Below are positions 53,527 to 63,267 of a stretch of DNA of 64,000 bases, piece by piece. Both the position numbers and the translations under genes were made by a program. The stretch's first letter is position 1. Each line of letters begins with the position of its first letter. This DNA comes from Thermoleophilaceae bacterium (GTDB taxonomy: Bacteria > Actinomycetota > Thermoleophilia > Solirubrobacterales > Thermoleophilaceae): NCBI GenBank assembly GCA_035630015.1, contig DASQLM010000413.1:47519-111518 (forward strand), read 5' to 3'. The notes beneath the pieces were generated by a model that was given only the letters and a program-made list of their open reading frames with translations, did no database searches and was not told the DNA's origin.

Positions 53527-54665
53527 GCCTGGCGGCGCGGGCCCGGCGCATGGCCGTGGGCGCCGGCCAGAACGCGCGGCGGATCGATCCGGGACTGGTC
53601 TACTTCAACAGCTTCCAGGGCCGCTATTCGGACAGCCCGCGGGCCATCGCCGAGGAGCTCGAGCGGACCGGCGCGCCGCTCCGGCAGGTGTGGCGCACCG
53701 GCGCCGCCGGCACCGAGGGCCTGCCCGCCCGGTACGACGGCGTGACCGGGGGCACGTGGGACCACGTCAGGGCGCTGGGCAGCGCCGGGCGGGTGGTGGT
53801 CAACGGGTGGATGGCCACCCATCCCAAGCGCCGGGGCCAGGTGTGGCTCCAGACCTGGCACGGCACGCCGCTGAAGCGGATCGCGTTCGATGCGCTCAGT
53901 GGGGTGGACGCGGAGGCCCGGCGGACGATGGCCCGTGACGTGGCCAAGTGGGACCACCTGATCTCGCCGAACCCGTTCAGCACCGAGGTCTTCCGCAGCG
54001 CCTTCGGGTACGAGGGCTCGATGCTCGAGACCGGATATCCCCGCAACGACGTGCTCAGCTCGCCGGACGCGGACGCTGTGCGCACGCGCGTCCGCGAAGC
54101 GCTGGGCCTAGAGCCCGGTCGCACCGCGGTGCTCTACGCGCCCACGTGGAGGGACCGGGTGGTGGCGGAGGACGACCCCGCCGGTGTGTCGTTGCTGCTC
54201 GACCACGAGCAGTTCTCCCGGGAGCTGGGCCAGACCCACACGTTGCTGCTGCGCCTGCACCACTTCATCGCCGGCCGCTTTGCGGACGTCGGGGGAGACG
54301 GGTGCTTGAACGTCTCGTCCCATCCCGACATCAGCGAGCTCTACCTGGCCGCGGACGTGCTGGTCACCGACTACTCGTCCGCGATGTTCGACTTCGCGGT
54401 CACGGGCAAGCCCCAGGTGTTCCTGGCGCCCGACCTCGAGGAGTACCGGGACCGGATGCGCGGGTTCTACTTCGACTTCGAGGCGGAGGCACCCGGCCCG
54501 ATCGTGGCCGATACCGCCGAGCTGATCGCGCACGTCGCCGAGCCGGAGGCAGCGGCGCCACACGGCCCAGCGTACGCGCGGTTCAGGGAACGCTTCTGCC
54601 CGTTCGACGACGGCCACGCCTCGCGGCGGGTGGTGGAGGCGGTGTTCGGGGACGCGGTCGCGTGA
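53523..54665 (+). CDS. CDP-glycerol glycerophosphotransferase family protein (TagF/TagB-like), copy 2
   Basis: 380 aa with an ATGA overlap. Contains FNSFQGRYSDSPRAI, WHGTPLKRIAF, GYPRNDVL, VLYAPTWRD, DVLVTDYSSAMFDFAVTGKPQVFL and RGFYFD. Confidence 0.85.
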   Translation: MSLAARARRMAVGAGQNARRIDPGLVYFNSFQGRYSDSPRAIAEELERTGAPLRQVWRTGAAGTEGLPARYDGVTGGTWDHVRALGSAGRVVVNGWMATHPKRRGQVWLQTWHGTPLKRIAFDALSGVDAEARRTMARDVAKWDHLISPNPFSTEVFRSAFGYEGSMLETGYPRNDVLSSPDADAVRTRVREALGLEPGRTAVLYAPTWRDRVVAEDDPAGVSLLLDHEQFSRELGQTHTLLLRLHHFIAGRFADVGGDGCLNVSSHPDISELYLAADVLVTDYSSAMFDFAVTGKPQVFLAPDLEEYRDRMRGFYFDFEAEAPGPIVADTAELIAHVAEPEAAAPHGPAYARFRERFCPFDDGHASRRVVEAVFGDAVA

Positions 54666-55840
54666 GCCCGCGCGTGGCCATCGTGCACCACGGCTTCGTG
54701 CCGACCTACCGGGTCGCCTTCTTCGAGCGGCTCGCGCAGGCCGGCGACGTCGAGTACGTGGTCTTCCACGGTCCCGCGCCCGGCGGCACCGGCCATCAGG
54801 CGGCCACCGGCCCGTTCGCCTTCCCGGACAGGTGGGTGGCCAACCGTGAGATCGGCGTCCGCGGGCGCACGGTGATCGCCCAGCCGATCGTAGGCCCGAT
54901 CGCGCGCGGGCGGTTCGACGGGGTGGTTGTGGGGGCGGAGTTCAAGTTCCCCGCCAGCTGGGCCGCCGCGGCGGTGACCAGGGCGCGCGGTGGCGCTCTG
55001 GTGCTGTGGGGGCACGGCTACGACAAGGTCGAGGACGAGGGCGCTTCCCGGATCGCGGCCGGCACCGCCCTGAAGGCGGCGTACGCGCGCCGGGCCGACG
55101 CCTACCTCGTCTACACCGAGGGCGGCGCGGACCGGCTGGTGCAGGCCGGGCTGGACCCCGAGCGGGTGACGGTGGTGCGCAACACGCTGGACGTGGAGGC
55201 CCAGCGCGCCCTGCACGCCGGGCTGGCCGAGACCGACGAGGCCGAGCTGCGGGACCAGCTGGGCCTCGCCCCCGACTCGGCCGTGCTGGTCTACCTGGGG
55301 CGGCTGTACCGCGAGAAGCGCCTCGACGAGCTGGTGGAGGCGGCCCGCCTGCTGGCGGCCCGGCCGGGTGTGCCGCCCGTCGAGGTGGTCGTGCTCGGCG
55401 ACGGGCCCGAGCTCGAGCCCACCCGCGCGCTGGCCCGCGACGTCCCGTCGGTCCGGCTGCTCGGCGGCGTGTACGACGACATGGAGATCGCGCGCTGGCT
55501 ACGGGTGGCCGCCGCGCTGGTCATGCCGGGGAAGGTGGGGCTGGCGGTGAACCACGCGCTGGCCCACGGCGTCCCGGTGCTGACGCGAGCGAGCGACCTG
55601 CACGCGCCCGAGGTCGAGTACCTCGAGCACGACGTCAACTCGTTGCTGGTGCCCGGGGACCTCGGCGCCTACGTGGACGCACTGGCGGAGGTGGTCAGCG
55701 CGCCGGTGGTGCGGGAGCGTCTGGCCGCGGGCGCCCTGAGCTCGAGCGAGCGCCTCGGGCTCGACCACATGGTGCACGCGTTCGACAGCGGGGTCCGCCG
55801 GGCGCTGGCCGCGCGGGGACGCATGAGCACCCCGCCGTAG
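54662..55840 (+). CDS. GT4-family glycosyltransferase
   Basis: Distal part of ORF 53948..55840, from the GTG at 54662 (GTGA overlap). Contains GRLYREKRLDEL and PGKVGLAVNHALAHGVPVLT. Confidence 0.78.
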   Translation: MSPRVAIVHHGFVPTYRVAFFERLAQAGDVEYVVFHGPAPGGTGHQAATGPFAFPDRWVANREIGVRGRTVIAQPIVGPIARGRFDGVVVGAEFKFPASWAAAAVTRARGGALVLWGHGYDKVEDEGASRIAAGTALKAAYARRADAYLVYTEGGADRLVQAGLDPERVTVVRNTLDVEAQRALHAGLAETDEAELRDQLGLAPDSAVLVYLGRLYREKRLDELVEAARLLAARPGVPPVEVVVLGDGPELEPTRALARDVPSVRLLGGVYDDMEIARWLRVAAALVMPGKVGLAVNHALAHGVPVLTRASDLHAPEVEYLEHDVNSLLVPGDLGAYVDALAEVVSAPVVRERLAAGALSSSERLGLDHMVHAFDSGVRRALAARGRMSTPP

Positions 55841-55857
55841 ACTCTCCGCCCGGGGCC

Positions 55858-56544
55858 GTGCCGATTCCCAACCTCAGAAAGACCCTTGCCGATCCTGAGC
55901 GGCTCTCGCCTGCCGCTTTCGCGCGCAAACGCCGCTTCTCCCTCCTGCACGAGCGGTTCCCGCAGCTGCCGGAGATGCACGTGCTGGACCTCGGCGGCGA
56001 GGCGCACACCTGGGTCCGCGAGGAACGGCGTCCGCGGCACGTGACGCTGCTCAACTTCGGCATGAAGCTCGATGCGACCCGCGAGCAGATCGAGCGCGAG
56101 GGGGCGTCCTCCTGGCTCACGGCCGTCGGCGGCGATGCATGCGACCCCCCGGAGGAGGTCAGGGACCAGGACTTCGACCTGGTGTACAGCAACTCCGTCT
56201 TCGAGCACGTGGGCGGCCACGGCCCGCGCAGGCACTTCGCCTACTGGGCACAGACCCTGGCGAAGCACCACTGGGTACAGACGCCCAACCGCTACTTCCC
56301 CGTGGAGCCGCACTGGCTGGCGCCCGGCTTCCAGTTCGCCTCGCCGCGCCTGCAGGCGGTCCTGCTGGGCCACTGGCCCCTGGCCAGCCCGTTCTACCGC
56401 AAGGCGGAGTGGCCCGAGCGGGTCCAGCGGGCGATGAGCATCGAGCTCCTCTCGCCGGCCATGATGCGCATCTACTTCCCGGAGTCGGAACTGGTCCGGG
56501 AGCGGATGGCGGGGTTGGCCAAGTCGCTGATCGCGGTTCGCTGA
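55858..56544 (+). CDS. Class I SAM-dependent methyltransferase
   Basis: Distal part of ORF 55006..56544, from the GTG at 55858. Contains HVLDLGGEAHTW and FDLVYSNSVFEHVGG. Confidence 0.72.
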   Translation: MPIPNLRKTLADPERLSPAAFARKRRFSLLHERFPQLPEMHVLDLGGEAHTWVREERRPRHVTLLNFGMKLDATREQIEREGASSWLTAVGGDACDPPEEVRDQDFDLVYSNSVFEHVGGHGPRRHFAYWAQTLAKHHWVQTPNRYFPVEPHWLAPGFQFASPRLQAVLLGHWPLASPFYRKAEWPERVQRAMSIELLSPAMMRIYFPESELVRERMAGLAKSLIAVR

Positions 56545-58434
56545 TCAGCCGCCGGAGGGCCCGAACTCGCGGTGCCACAGCTCGAAGTTGAGCAGCGTCC
56601 AGATGCCCTGTGAGTGGTCCTGCACCGAGTCGGCATGGCGGTCCAGCAGCCCGCGCACGTAGCGCTCGTCGAACCAGCCCCGGTCCAGCGCGTCCCGGTC
56701 CAGCAGGATCTCGCGGGCGAACGCGCGCAGGTCGCCGCGGAACCACTCGGCCATCGGCACCTTGAACCCGCGCTTGGGCGCGTCCAGCACCTCGTCGGGC
56801 ACCCATCCCCGCAACGCCGCTCGCAACGCCGCCTTCTTCTGCCCGCGGTGGAGCTTGGCCGACGGCGGCAGCGTGGCGCAGAACTCCATCCACTCGTGGT
56901 CGAGCAACGGCGACCGGGCCTCGAGGGACGCTGCCATCGAGGCGATGTCCATCTTGGTCAGCAGGTCGTCGACGAGGTAGGTCTGCACGTCCACGTCCAG
57001 CATCACGTCGACCACGTCGGTGCCGGTCGACGCCTCCCACGGGCCGCGCACGACCTGCTCGACGATGGACGGGCCGATGCGCTCGCGGTGCTCCGGCGTG
57101 TACAGCCGCGCCCGGTCGAGACCGTTCAGCTCCGTGGCGTAGGCCAGGTAGCGGCCCGCGCCGTCGAGGGGCAGCGCGTGGCCGAAGCGGCGGGCCCGGC
57201 TGGGCCAGGAGTTGATGCGGCCGCTGGCGGGCAGCCGCTCGGACAGGCTGCGTAGGCCGCGCCGGGCGGGCCCGGGCAGCCGCGCGGCGCGGGCCAGCAG
57301 CGCCTGCGCCACGTAGCGCGGGTAGCCGGCGAAGCTCTCGTCGCCGCCGTCGCCGTTCAGCGCCACGGTCACGTGCCGCCGCGCCATCTCCGCCACGTAG
57401 AAGCTGGGGATCGACGACGCGTCCGCGAAGGGCTCGCCGTGGTGACGCACGATCCGGGGGATGATCTCCATCGCGTCCGGCTGGACCGTGAGCTCGTGGT
57501 GCTCGGTGCCGAACCGCTCGGCCACCAGCCGGGCCAGCGGCAGCTCGTCGTACTCCTCGACCCCGAAGCCGACCGAGAAGGTCCGCACGGGCCCGGTCGA
57601 GGCCTCCGCCATGGCCGCCACCACCGCGGCCGAGTCCACCCCGCCCGACAGGAAGGCGCCCAGCGGCACGTCGGAGACCAGCCGTTTGCGGGTGGCCGCG
57701 CGGATCCGCTCGCGGATCTGCTCGTGCAGCTCCCCGGGCGCCAGCGCCGGCTGCTTGGGGTTGTAGGTCAGGCGCCAGTAGCGCCGCGTGGAGACACGCC
57801 CGTCCTCGAACACCAGGGTGGTGGCGGGCTCGAGCTTGCGCACGTGCCGGTAGGCGGTGCGCGGGCCCGGGACCCAGCGGAAGGCGAGGTAGGCGTCCAG
57901 GGCCTGGTGGTCGATGTCGCGGGGAACGCCGGGGTCGCGGACCAGCGCCGGCAGCTCGGAGGCGAACGACAGCGTGCCCTCGCGCTCGCAGTAGTACAGC
58001 GGCTTCTTGCCCAGCCGGTCCCGGGCCAGCAGCAGTCGCCGGCGGCGGACGTCCCAGATGGCCAGCCCGAACATGCCGTGCAGCTGGTCGACGCAGTCCG
58101 CGCCGAGCTCCTCGTAGAGGTGGACGATCACCTCGGTGTCCGACCTGGTGGAGAACACGTGCCCGGACTGCTCCAGGCGGCGGCGCAGCTCGCGGTAGTT
58201 GTAGATCTCGCCGTTGAGCACCACCACCACCTGGCCGTCCTCGCTGAAGATCGGCTGGTCGCCGGTGGCCAGGTCGATGATGCGCAGTCGCTGGATGCCC
58301 AGGCCGACGCCGGCATCCGTGTGCACGCCCCGGGAATCGGGGCCGCGGTGCTCCAGCGCCTGGCACATCTGCCCGATCAGGGCGGGCGCCACCTCGCTCC
58401 CGTCCCCGCGGGCCTGCCCGACTATCCCGCACAC
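56545..58434 (-). CDS. asnB: Asparagine synthase (glutamine-hydrolysing) family amidotransferase
   Basis: Distal 629 aa of composite ORF 56545..59664. The GTG at 58434 is followed by the Cys nucleophile in (M)CGIVG. Contains LNGEIYNY, RSDTEVI and the PP-loop FLSGGVDSAAV. Confidence 0.88.
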   Translation of the reverse strand: MCGIVGQARGDGSEVAPALIGQMCQALEHRGPDSRGVHTDAGVGLGIQRLRIIDLATGDQPIFSEDGQVVVVLNGEIYNYRELRRRLEQSGHVFSTRSDTEVIVHLYEELGADCVDQLHGMFGLAIWDVRRRRLLLARDRLGKKPLYYCEREGTLSFASELPALVRDPGVPRDIDHQALDAYLAFRWVPGPRTAYRHVRKLEPATTLVFEDGRVSTRRYWRLTYNPKQPALAPGELHEQIRERIRAATRKRLVSDVPLGAFLSGGVDSAAVVAAMAEASTGPVRTFSVGFGVEEYDELPLARLVAERFGTEHHELTVQPDAMEIIPRIVRHHGEPFADASSIPSFYVAEMARRHVTVALNGDGGDESFAGYPRYVAQALLARAARLPGPARRGLRSLSERLPASGRINSWPSRARRFGHALPLDGAGRYLAYATELNGLDRARLYTPEHRERIGPSIVEQVVRGPWEASTGTDVVDVMLDVDVQTYLVDDLLTKMDIASMAASLEARSPLLDHEWMEFCATLPPSAKLHRGQKKAALRAALRGWVPDEVLDAPKRGFKVPMAEWFRGDLRAFAREILLDRDALDRGWFDERYVRGLLDRHADSVQDHSQGIWTLLNFELWHREFGPSGG

Positions 58435-58464
58435 CGGTTCGAGTCTACGGTGGGGGCCGTGACG

Positions 58465-59700
58465 ATGAGGATCGCCTATCTGGGCTTCAGCTATCCGGCC
58501 CTGTCGCAGACGTTCGTGGTGCGTGAGGTCCAGGGCCTGCGCGCCCAGGGCTTCGAGGTCGAGACCTGGGGCATCCGTGCCGCCGAGCCCGAAGTCCTGC
58601 GCACCGAGGAGTACCGGGCCGAGGCCGCCGCGACCCGCGCCCTGCGGCCCGTGCGCCCGGGTGCGCTCGCGCGCGCCCATCTGCGGGCCCTGCGCACGGC
58701 GCCCCGCGCCTACGCGGCCACGCTGGTCCGCGCGGTCCGCGACCGCCCGCCGGGCGCCCGGGCGCTGGGGCTTGCGCTGGCCTCGTTCGCGGTGGCCATC
58801 GGCATGTGGGCCGACCTGGAGCGCAGCGGCACGCGCCATCTGCACGTGCACTTCGCGGGCTCGCCCACGCACGTGGCGGCCCTGGTGACCGCCTTCGGCG
58901 GCCCCGAGTGGTCGTGGAGCGTCAGCGTGCACGGCCCGGTCGAGTTCACCGACCTGACCGCCAGCCGCCTGCCCGAGCGCCTGCGACAGGCGCTGTTCGT
59001 GACCGCCATCAGCGACTTCGCCCGCAGCCAGCTGCTGGCGCTGCTGCCCGAGGACCAGTGGCACAAGGTGCGTGTGGTGCGCTGCGGGATCGAGCCCGCG
59101 GCGTTCGCGCCCGAGCACGACACCGCCCCGGCCGGCGGGCCCGTCCGGATCCTGTACGTGGGGAGGCTGGTGTCGCTCAAGGGCCAGCCGGTGCTGCTTG
59201 ACGCCATGGCCCGCCTGGCCGAGGCGGGCGTGGAGGCCGAGCTGATCCTGGTGGGGGACGGCCCGGAGCGGGACGCCCTGGAGCGCCGCGCCGCCCGCCT
59301 GGGCCTGGACGGGCGGGTCGCGTTCGCCGGGCCACTGGGGCAGGACGAGGTGCGCGAGCACTACGCCCGCGCCGACGTGTTCTGCCTGCCCAGCTTCGCC
59401 GAAGGGGTCCCGGTGGTGTTGATGGAGGCGATGGCCGCCGGCCTGCCGGTGGTCACGACCAGGATCGCGGGCGTGCCCGAGCTGGTGGAGGACGGGGTGG
59501 AGGGCCTGCTCACGCTTCCCGGGCGGGCGGACGACCTCGAGGCCGCGCTCACGCGGCTGGCCGCCGATCCACAGCTGCGTGCGGAGATGGGACGGCGGGG
59601 CCGGGCCAAGGTCGACAGCCGGCACGACATCGCCACGACTGCCGCCGAGCTGGCGGAACTGCACCTAGAGTTCCGCCAGGCCCCGGAATGCACCGCCTAG
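58465..59700 (+). CDS. GT4-family glycosyltransferase (WcaL-like), related to 51396..52652
   Basis: Distal part of ORF 57373..59700, from the ATG at 58465. Contains MRIAYLGFSYPALSQTFVVREV, GRLVSLKGQ and AEGVPVVLMEAMAAGLPVVTTRIAGVPELV. Confidence 0.85.
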   Translation: MRIAYLGFSYPALSQTFVVREVQGLRAQGFEVETWGIRAAEPEVLRTEEYRAEAAATRALRPVRPGALARAHLRALRTAPRAYAATLVRAVRDRPPGARALGLALASFAVAIGMWADLERSGTRHLHVHFAGSPTHVAALVTAFGGPEWSWSVSVHGPVEFTDLTASRLPERLRQALFVTAISDFARSQLLALLPEDQWHKVRVVRCGIEPAAFAPEHDTAPAGGPVRILYVGRLVSLKGQPVLLDAMARLAEAGVEAELILVGDGPERDALERRAARLGLDGRVAFAGPLGQDEVREHYARADVFCLPSFAEGVPVVLMEAMAAGLPVVTTRIAGVPELVEDGVEGLLTLPGRADDLEAALTRLAADPQLRAEMGRRGRAKVDSRHDIATTAAELAELHLEFRQAPECTA

Positions 59701-60458
59701 AACCCCGACCCAGCCGTGCCGACGTCGCGGGTTGCCAGATCGACCGGCTGGACATGGCGCAGACGGTGGACCGCTGCGAGCAGTTGATCCGTGCCGGCGG
59801 GGTGGCCCAGCACGTGGCCATCAACGCGGCCAAGGTCGTGGCCATGCAGGACGACCCGGAGCTGCGGGACATCGTCGGCGCGTGCGAGCTGGTGTCGGCC
59901 GACGGGCAGTCGATCGTGTGGGCCTCCCGTCTGCTGGGCGACCCGTTGCCCACCCGCGTGGCCGGGATCGACCTGATGGACGAGCTGCTGGCGCTGGCCG
60001 CCGCGCGCGGCTACGGCGTGTACGTGCTCGGCGCCCGCGACGACGTGCTCCAGACCGCGCTGGCCCGGATCCGCGAGCGCCATCCGGGTCTGCGCATCGC
60101 GGGGGCCCGGGACGGCTACTTCAGCGACGAAGAGGGCGAGGCGGTGGCCGACGCGATCCGTGCCGCCGCCCCGGACATCCTGTTCGTGGCCATGTCGTCG
60201 CCGAGGAAGGAGTACTGGCTCAGCCGTTACGGCCGTCGCATCGATGTGCCCTTCGTGATGGGCGTCGGCGGGTCGGTGGACGTGATCGCGGGCGTGACGC
60301 GCCGCGCCCCTGTCGTGTTGCAGAGACTCGGCCTGGAGTGGGCGTACCGGCTGGCCCAGGAGCCGCGCCGGCTGTTCCGGCGCTATCTGGTCACCAACGC
60401 CAGGTTCGCGGTGCTGGTCGTGCGTCACGGCATCCGGCGGCGCCCCGCCGGGGGGTGA
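59688..60458 (+). CDS. WecG/TagA/CpsF-family (GT26) glycosyltransferase
   Basis: 256 aa containing HVAINAAKVV, LVSADGQSIVWASRLLG, VYVLGA, ILFVAMSSPRKEYW, GVGGSVD and EWAYRL. Confidence 0.85.
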   Translation: MHRLEPRPSRADVAGCQIDRLDMAQTVDRCEQLIRAGGVAQHVAINAAKVVAMQDDPELRDIVGACELVSADGQSIVWASRLLGDPLPTRVAGIDLMDELLALAAARGYGVYVLGARDDVLQTALARIRERHPGLRIAGARDGYFSDEEGEAVADAIRAAAPDILFVAMSSPRKEYWLSRYGRRIDVPFVMGVGGSVDVIAGVTRRAPVVLQRLGLEWAYRLAQEPRRLFRRYLVTNARFAVLVVRHGIRRRPAGG

Positions 60459-60503
60459 GGAGGGCTGCGTCGCCGGCTGCTGATCGCCCTGCTCGCGCTG
60501 GCG

Positions 60504-60902
60504 GTGACGGTGGCCGTCGCGGTGGTGGGCATGGGGCTGACCAGCGCCTACGACAGCGTGCCGCTGGGCTACATCTCCAGGCCCGGGGATCGTGTCCCGC
60601 CTACCTGGTCGCGGCCGTGCTGGCGCCGCAATGCGGGTGACGGCTCGCGCTACGTCCTGCCCTGCGGGCGCGCGCAAGGGGTGATCCTGTTCCGGCAGGG
60701 CCACGATCCCGACGGCGACGGCGACGTGCACGGGGTGGTGCAGGGGGGCATGCGGCTCGTCGTGCTCAAGAGCCGGTCGGAGAGTCCGCGCGCCGCGCGC
60801 ATCCCGGGGGCCGGGCACCGGGTGGACCTGGCCGGGCCGGTCATTCCCGGCAAGCCCGGGCTGATCACACTTGATGTGAGGCGTTCGGCGCCCTCCCGGT
60901 GA
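60504..60902 (+). CDS. Hypothetical small exported or membrane-anchored protein
   Basis: 132-aa ORF from a GTG. An in-frame CTG at 60465 would add RRRLLIALLALA and give a signal-peptide-like N-terminus. No recognisable motifs. Confidence 0.35.
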   Translation: MTVAVAVVGMGLTSAYDSVPLGYISRPGDRVPPTWSRPCWRRNAGDGSRYVLPCGRAQGVILFRQGHDPDGDGDVHGVVQGGMRLVVLKSRSESPRAARIPGAGHRVDLAGPVIPGKPGLITLDVRRSAPSR

Positions 60903-60983
60903 CGGGTGGGTCTGGCGGCCCGGATGTGGCCGCGCTACGGTGTTGCCGGTTCAGGCCCCGGCTGGGCGGGATCGGGGCACCCG

Positions 60984-61850
60984 ATGGCAGAGCGCGACGA
61001 CACCACACAGGGACTGCTGGACCGTTTCGTCCCGCGGATCGGGCCGCTGGAGGCCGTGCGCCGCCACAAGCTGCTGGCGGTCATGCCCACGATCGTGTTC
61101 TTGGCGCTGGCCCTGCTCTACACGCAGCAGCGGACGCCGATCTACACCGCAGAGGCCCGCCAGACGATCGGCCGCATCGACGTCAGCGCCCCAGGGGCCC
61201 TGGCCGGCTTCTCCAGCGCCACCCGCGCGCTCGCGAGCTCCTACAGTCGGGCAATCGTGGCGCCCGAGGTGGTCGAGCCGGTCGCGCGCAGGACGGGGCT
61301 CTCACCGGCACTGGTGCGCGCCCGCCTGTCGGCCACACCGATCCCCGAGAGCGCGGTGATCGCGGTGACGGGCATCGGCCCCACCAAGGCGGACGCCATC
61401 GCGGTGGCGGGACAGGGCGCCCGGGCGCTGGAGTCCTACGTGGCCAGGCTCAACCGCAGCAACCCCAACGGCGACCGCCTGTTCAAGGAGTTCCGCCGTG
61501 CCTCGCTGCGGCAGTCCAGGCTCAAGGATCGGCTGGCCGAGCTCCAGCGGCGGCCGGACGGGTCCCTCAGCGCCGCCGACCGGGAGCAGCTGTCGCAGGT
61601 GCGCGAGGAGGTGGCCGCCGCCGACCTGTCGGTGCTCGTGGCCAAGGAGAACTACGCCATCAGCAGGCGAAGCGAGAGCAACGTGTCGATCCTGCAGACC
61701 ATCAGCGTGCCCCAGACCGCCTCCAGCGACAAGGGGGAGCGAGCACAGCTCGCGCTGTTCGTCGCGCTGATCGCCGGCATCCTGGTGGGCATCGCGCTGG
61801 CCAGCCTGCGCGCCAACCTCGCAGTTCGGCACGCCTTCGCGGCCCAGTGA
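60984..61850 (+). CDS. wzz: Wzz-type polysaccharide co-polymerase (chain-length determinant) without a kinase domain
   Basis: ORF 60906..61850, with the ATG at 60984 preferred. N-terminal TM LLAVMPTIVFLALALLY followed by PIYTAEARQTI, a central helical region, and a C-terminal TM LALFVALIAGILVGIALASL. Confidence 0.7.
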   Translation: MAERDDTTQGLLDRFVPRIGPLEAVRRHKLLAVMPTIVFLALALLYTQQRTPIYTAEARQTIGRIDVSAPGALAGFSSATRALASSYSRAIVAPEVVEPVARRTGLSPALVRARLSATPIPESAVIAVTGIGPTKADAIAVAGQGARALESYVARLNRSNPNGDRLFKEFRRASLRQSRLKDRLAELQRRPDGSLSAADREQLSQVREEVAAADLSVLVAKENYAISRRSESNVSILQTISVPQTASSDKGERAQLALFVALIAGILVGIALASLRANLAVRHAFAAQ

Positions 61851-61851
61851 C

Positions 61852-63267
61852 ATGGCGCTGCGCCTCAGCCGCGATCAGCTCCTGGCGGCCGGCCTGGCCG
61901 CGGCACTGGTCACCGTCGGGCTGCTAGGGCCCCTGTCGCCGGCACGCGGGCCGATCATCGGCGTGGCGCTCCTGGTCGGCGGCGCCTACCTCGTGTGGCA
62001 CGTTCATCCCGCCTGGACGCTCAGCGCCGGGATCTGCCTCTCGGTGGTGGCGGGCAACTGGGAGAACCTGGGCATCCCCGGCTTCCTGGCGCCGGACCGG
62101 TGGCTTCTGGTCGGCGGGGTGGCGGCCGTGCTCTTCCGCGCGCCTCCGATCCGCGACCGGCCGCCCCTGCGCTTCGGCGCCGTCCACTGGGTCATGGTGC
62201 TGACCGTGGTCTGGATGTGGGGGGAGGGGACGTTCGCGCAGACGCTGTCTGACAAGGCCGAGGTGTTCAAGCTGTTCGAGCGTCTCGGCGTGCTGCCCTA
62301 CCTGCTGTTCCTGGTGGCCCCGGTCGTGTTCGCCGAGGAGTCTCGTCGTCGCACCCTGCTGGCCGCGCTCGTGGGCCTGGGTGGATACCTGGGGTTCACC
62401 GCGTTCATGGAGACCGCCAACATCGGGCCGCTCGTGGTGCCCTCGTTCATCAACGACACGAGCATCGGCTTCCATCCCGACCGGGCTCGCGGCCCGTTCC
62501 TCGAGGCGGTGACCAACGGAGCCGGCCTCTACACGGGCGTGCTGGCTGCTGCCGTGGCCCTCTACTTCTGGCGCGGCACACGTAGCAGGCAGGCCGCCCT
62601 GGCGGTTCTGGGGCTGTGCGCCGTGGGGATGCTGTTCACCGAGACGCGGTCGGTCTGGCTCGGCGGCGTGGTGGCCACGGTGGTGGCGCTGCTGGCAGTG
62701 CGGGAGCTGCGGGTCTGGTTCCTTCCGGTCGTCGGGCTCGTGGCGGCGCTGATGGCCATCAGCCTGACCACGGTCCCGGGGCTGGCGGATCGCGTCACCG
62801 AGCGCAGCAACGACCAGCGCACCGTCTGGGACCGCAAGAACCTGGGAACGGCGGCGGCGAACATGGTCGAGGCACACCCGCTGGTGGGGGTGGGGTGGGG
62901 CCGGTTCCAGGCCGAGAGCGCGCCCTACTTCGAGGAGAACCAGGACTTCCCGTTGACGGCCACCGACGAGATCATCCACAACGTCTTCCTGACCTATGCC
63001 GCCGAGACCGGCCTGATCGGCCTTTCGCTGTGGCTGCTGACGCTGGGAATGGGCGCCGCGGCGGCGCTCAGACCCGGCACGCGCCCGGAGGCGCGACCCT
63101 GGAAGGTGGCCGCGGGGGCCTTCCTCGTCTTCTACCTCACGATCGCCAGCTTCGTGTTCTCGCAGGTGTACCCGAACAACATGGTCTGGCTGCTGATGGG
63201 CGTGGCCGTGGGCGCCGGCGGCGCGATCCGGCCGGGCGGGGCGCCGGAGGCGGCGCCCGAGGGGTGA
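61852..63267 (+). CDS. O-antigen polymerase / ligase (Wzy-family) membrane protein, copy 2
   Basis: 471 aa, polytopic. Contains LFTETRSVWLG, HPLVGVGWGRF and IIHNVFLTYAAETGLIGLSLWLL. Confidence 0.78.
   Translation: MALRLSRDQLLAAGLAAALVTVGLLGPLSPARGPIIGVALLVGGAYLVWHVHPAWTLSAGICLSVVAGNWENLGIPGFLAPDRWLLVGGVAAVLFRAPPIRDRPPLRFGAVHWVMVLTVVWMWGEGTFAQTLSDKAEVFKLFERLGVLPYLLFLVAPVVFAEESRRRTLLAALVGLGGYLGFTAFMETANIGPLVVPSFINDTSIGFHPDRARGPFLEAVTNGAGLYTGVLAAAVALYFWRGTRSRQAALAVLGLCAVGMLFTETRSVWLGGVVATVVALLAVRELRVWFLPVVGLVAALMAISLTTVPGLADRVTERSNDQRTVWDRKNLGTAAANMVEAHPLVGVGWGRFQAESAPYFEENQDFPLTATDEIIHNVFLTYAAETGLIGLSLWLLTLGMGAAAALRPGTRPEARPWKVAAGAFLVFYLTIASFVFSQVYPNNMVWLLMGVAVGAGGAIRPGGAPEAAPEG

Noticed and set aside
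60465-60503. CTG-initiated N-terminal extension of the small ORF 60504-60902, which would create a signal peptide
   Set aside because: Not adopted as the annotated start. CTG starts are rare, and the GGAGG-like element abuts the CTG with almost no spacing. It is kept only as a note in the feature evidence.
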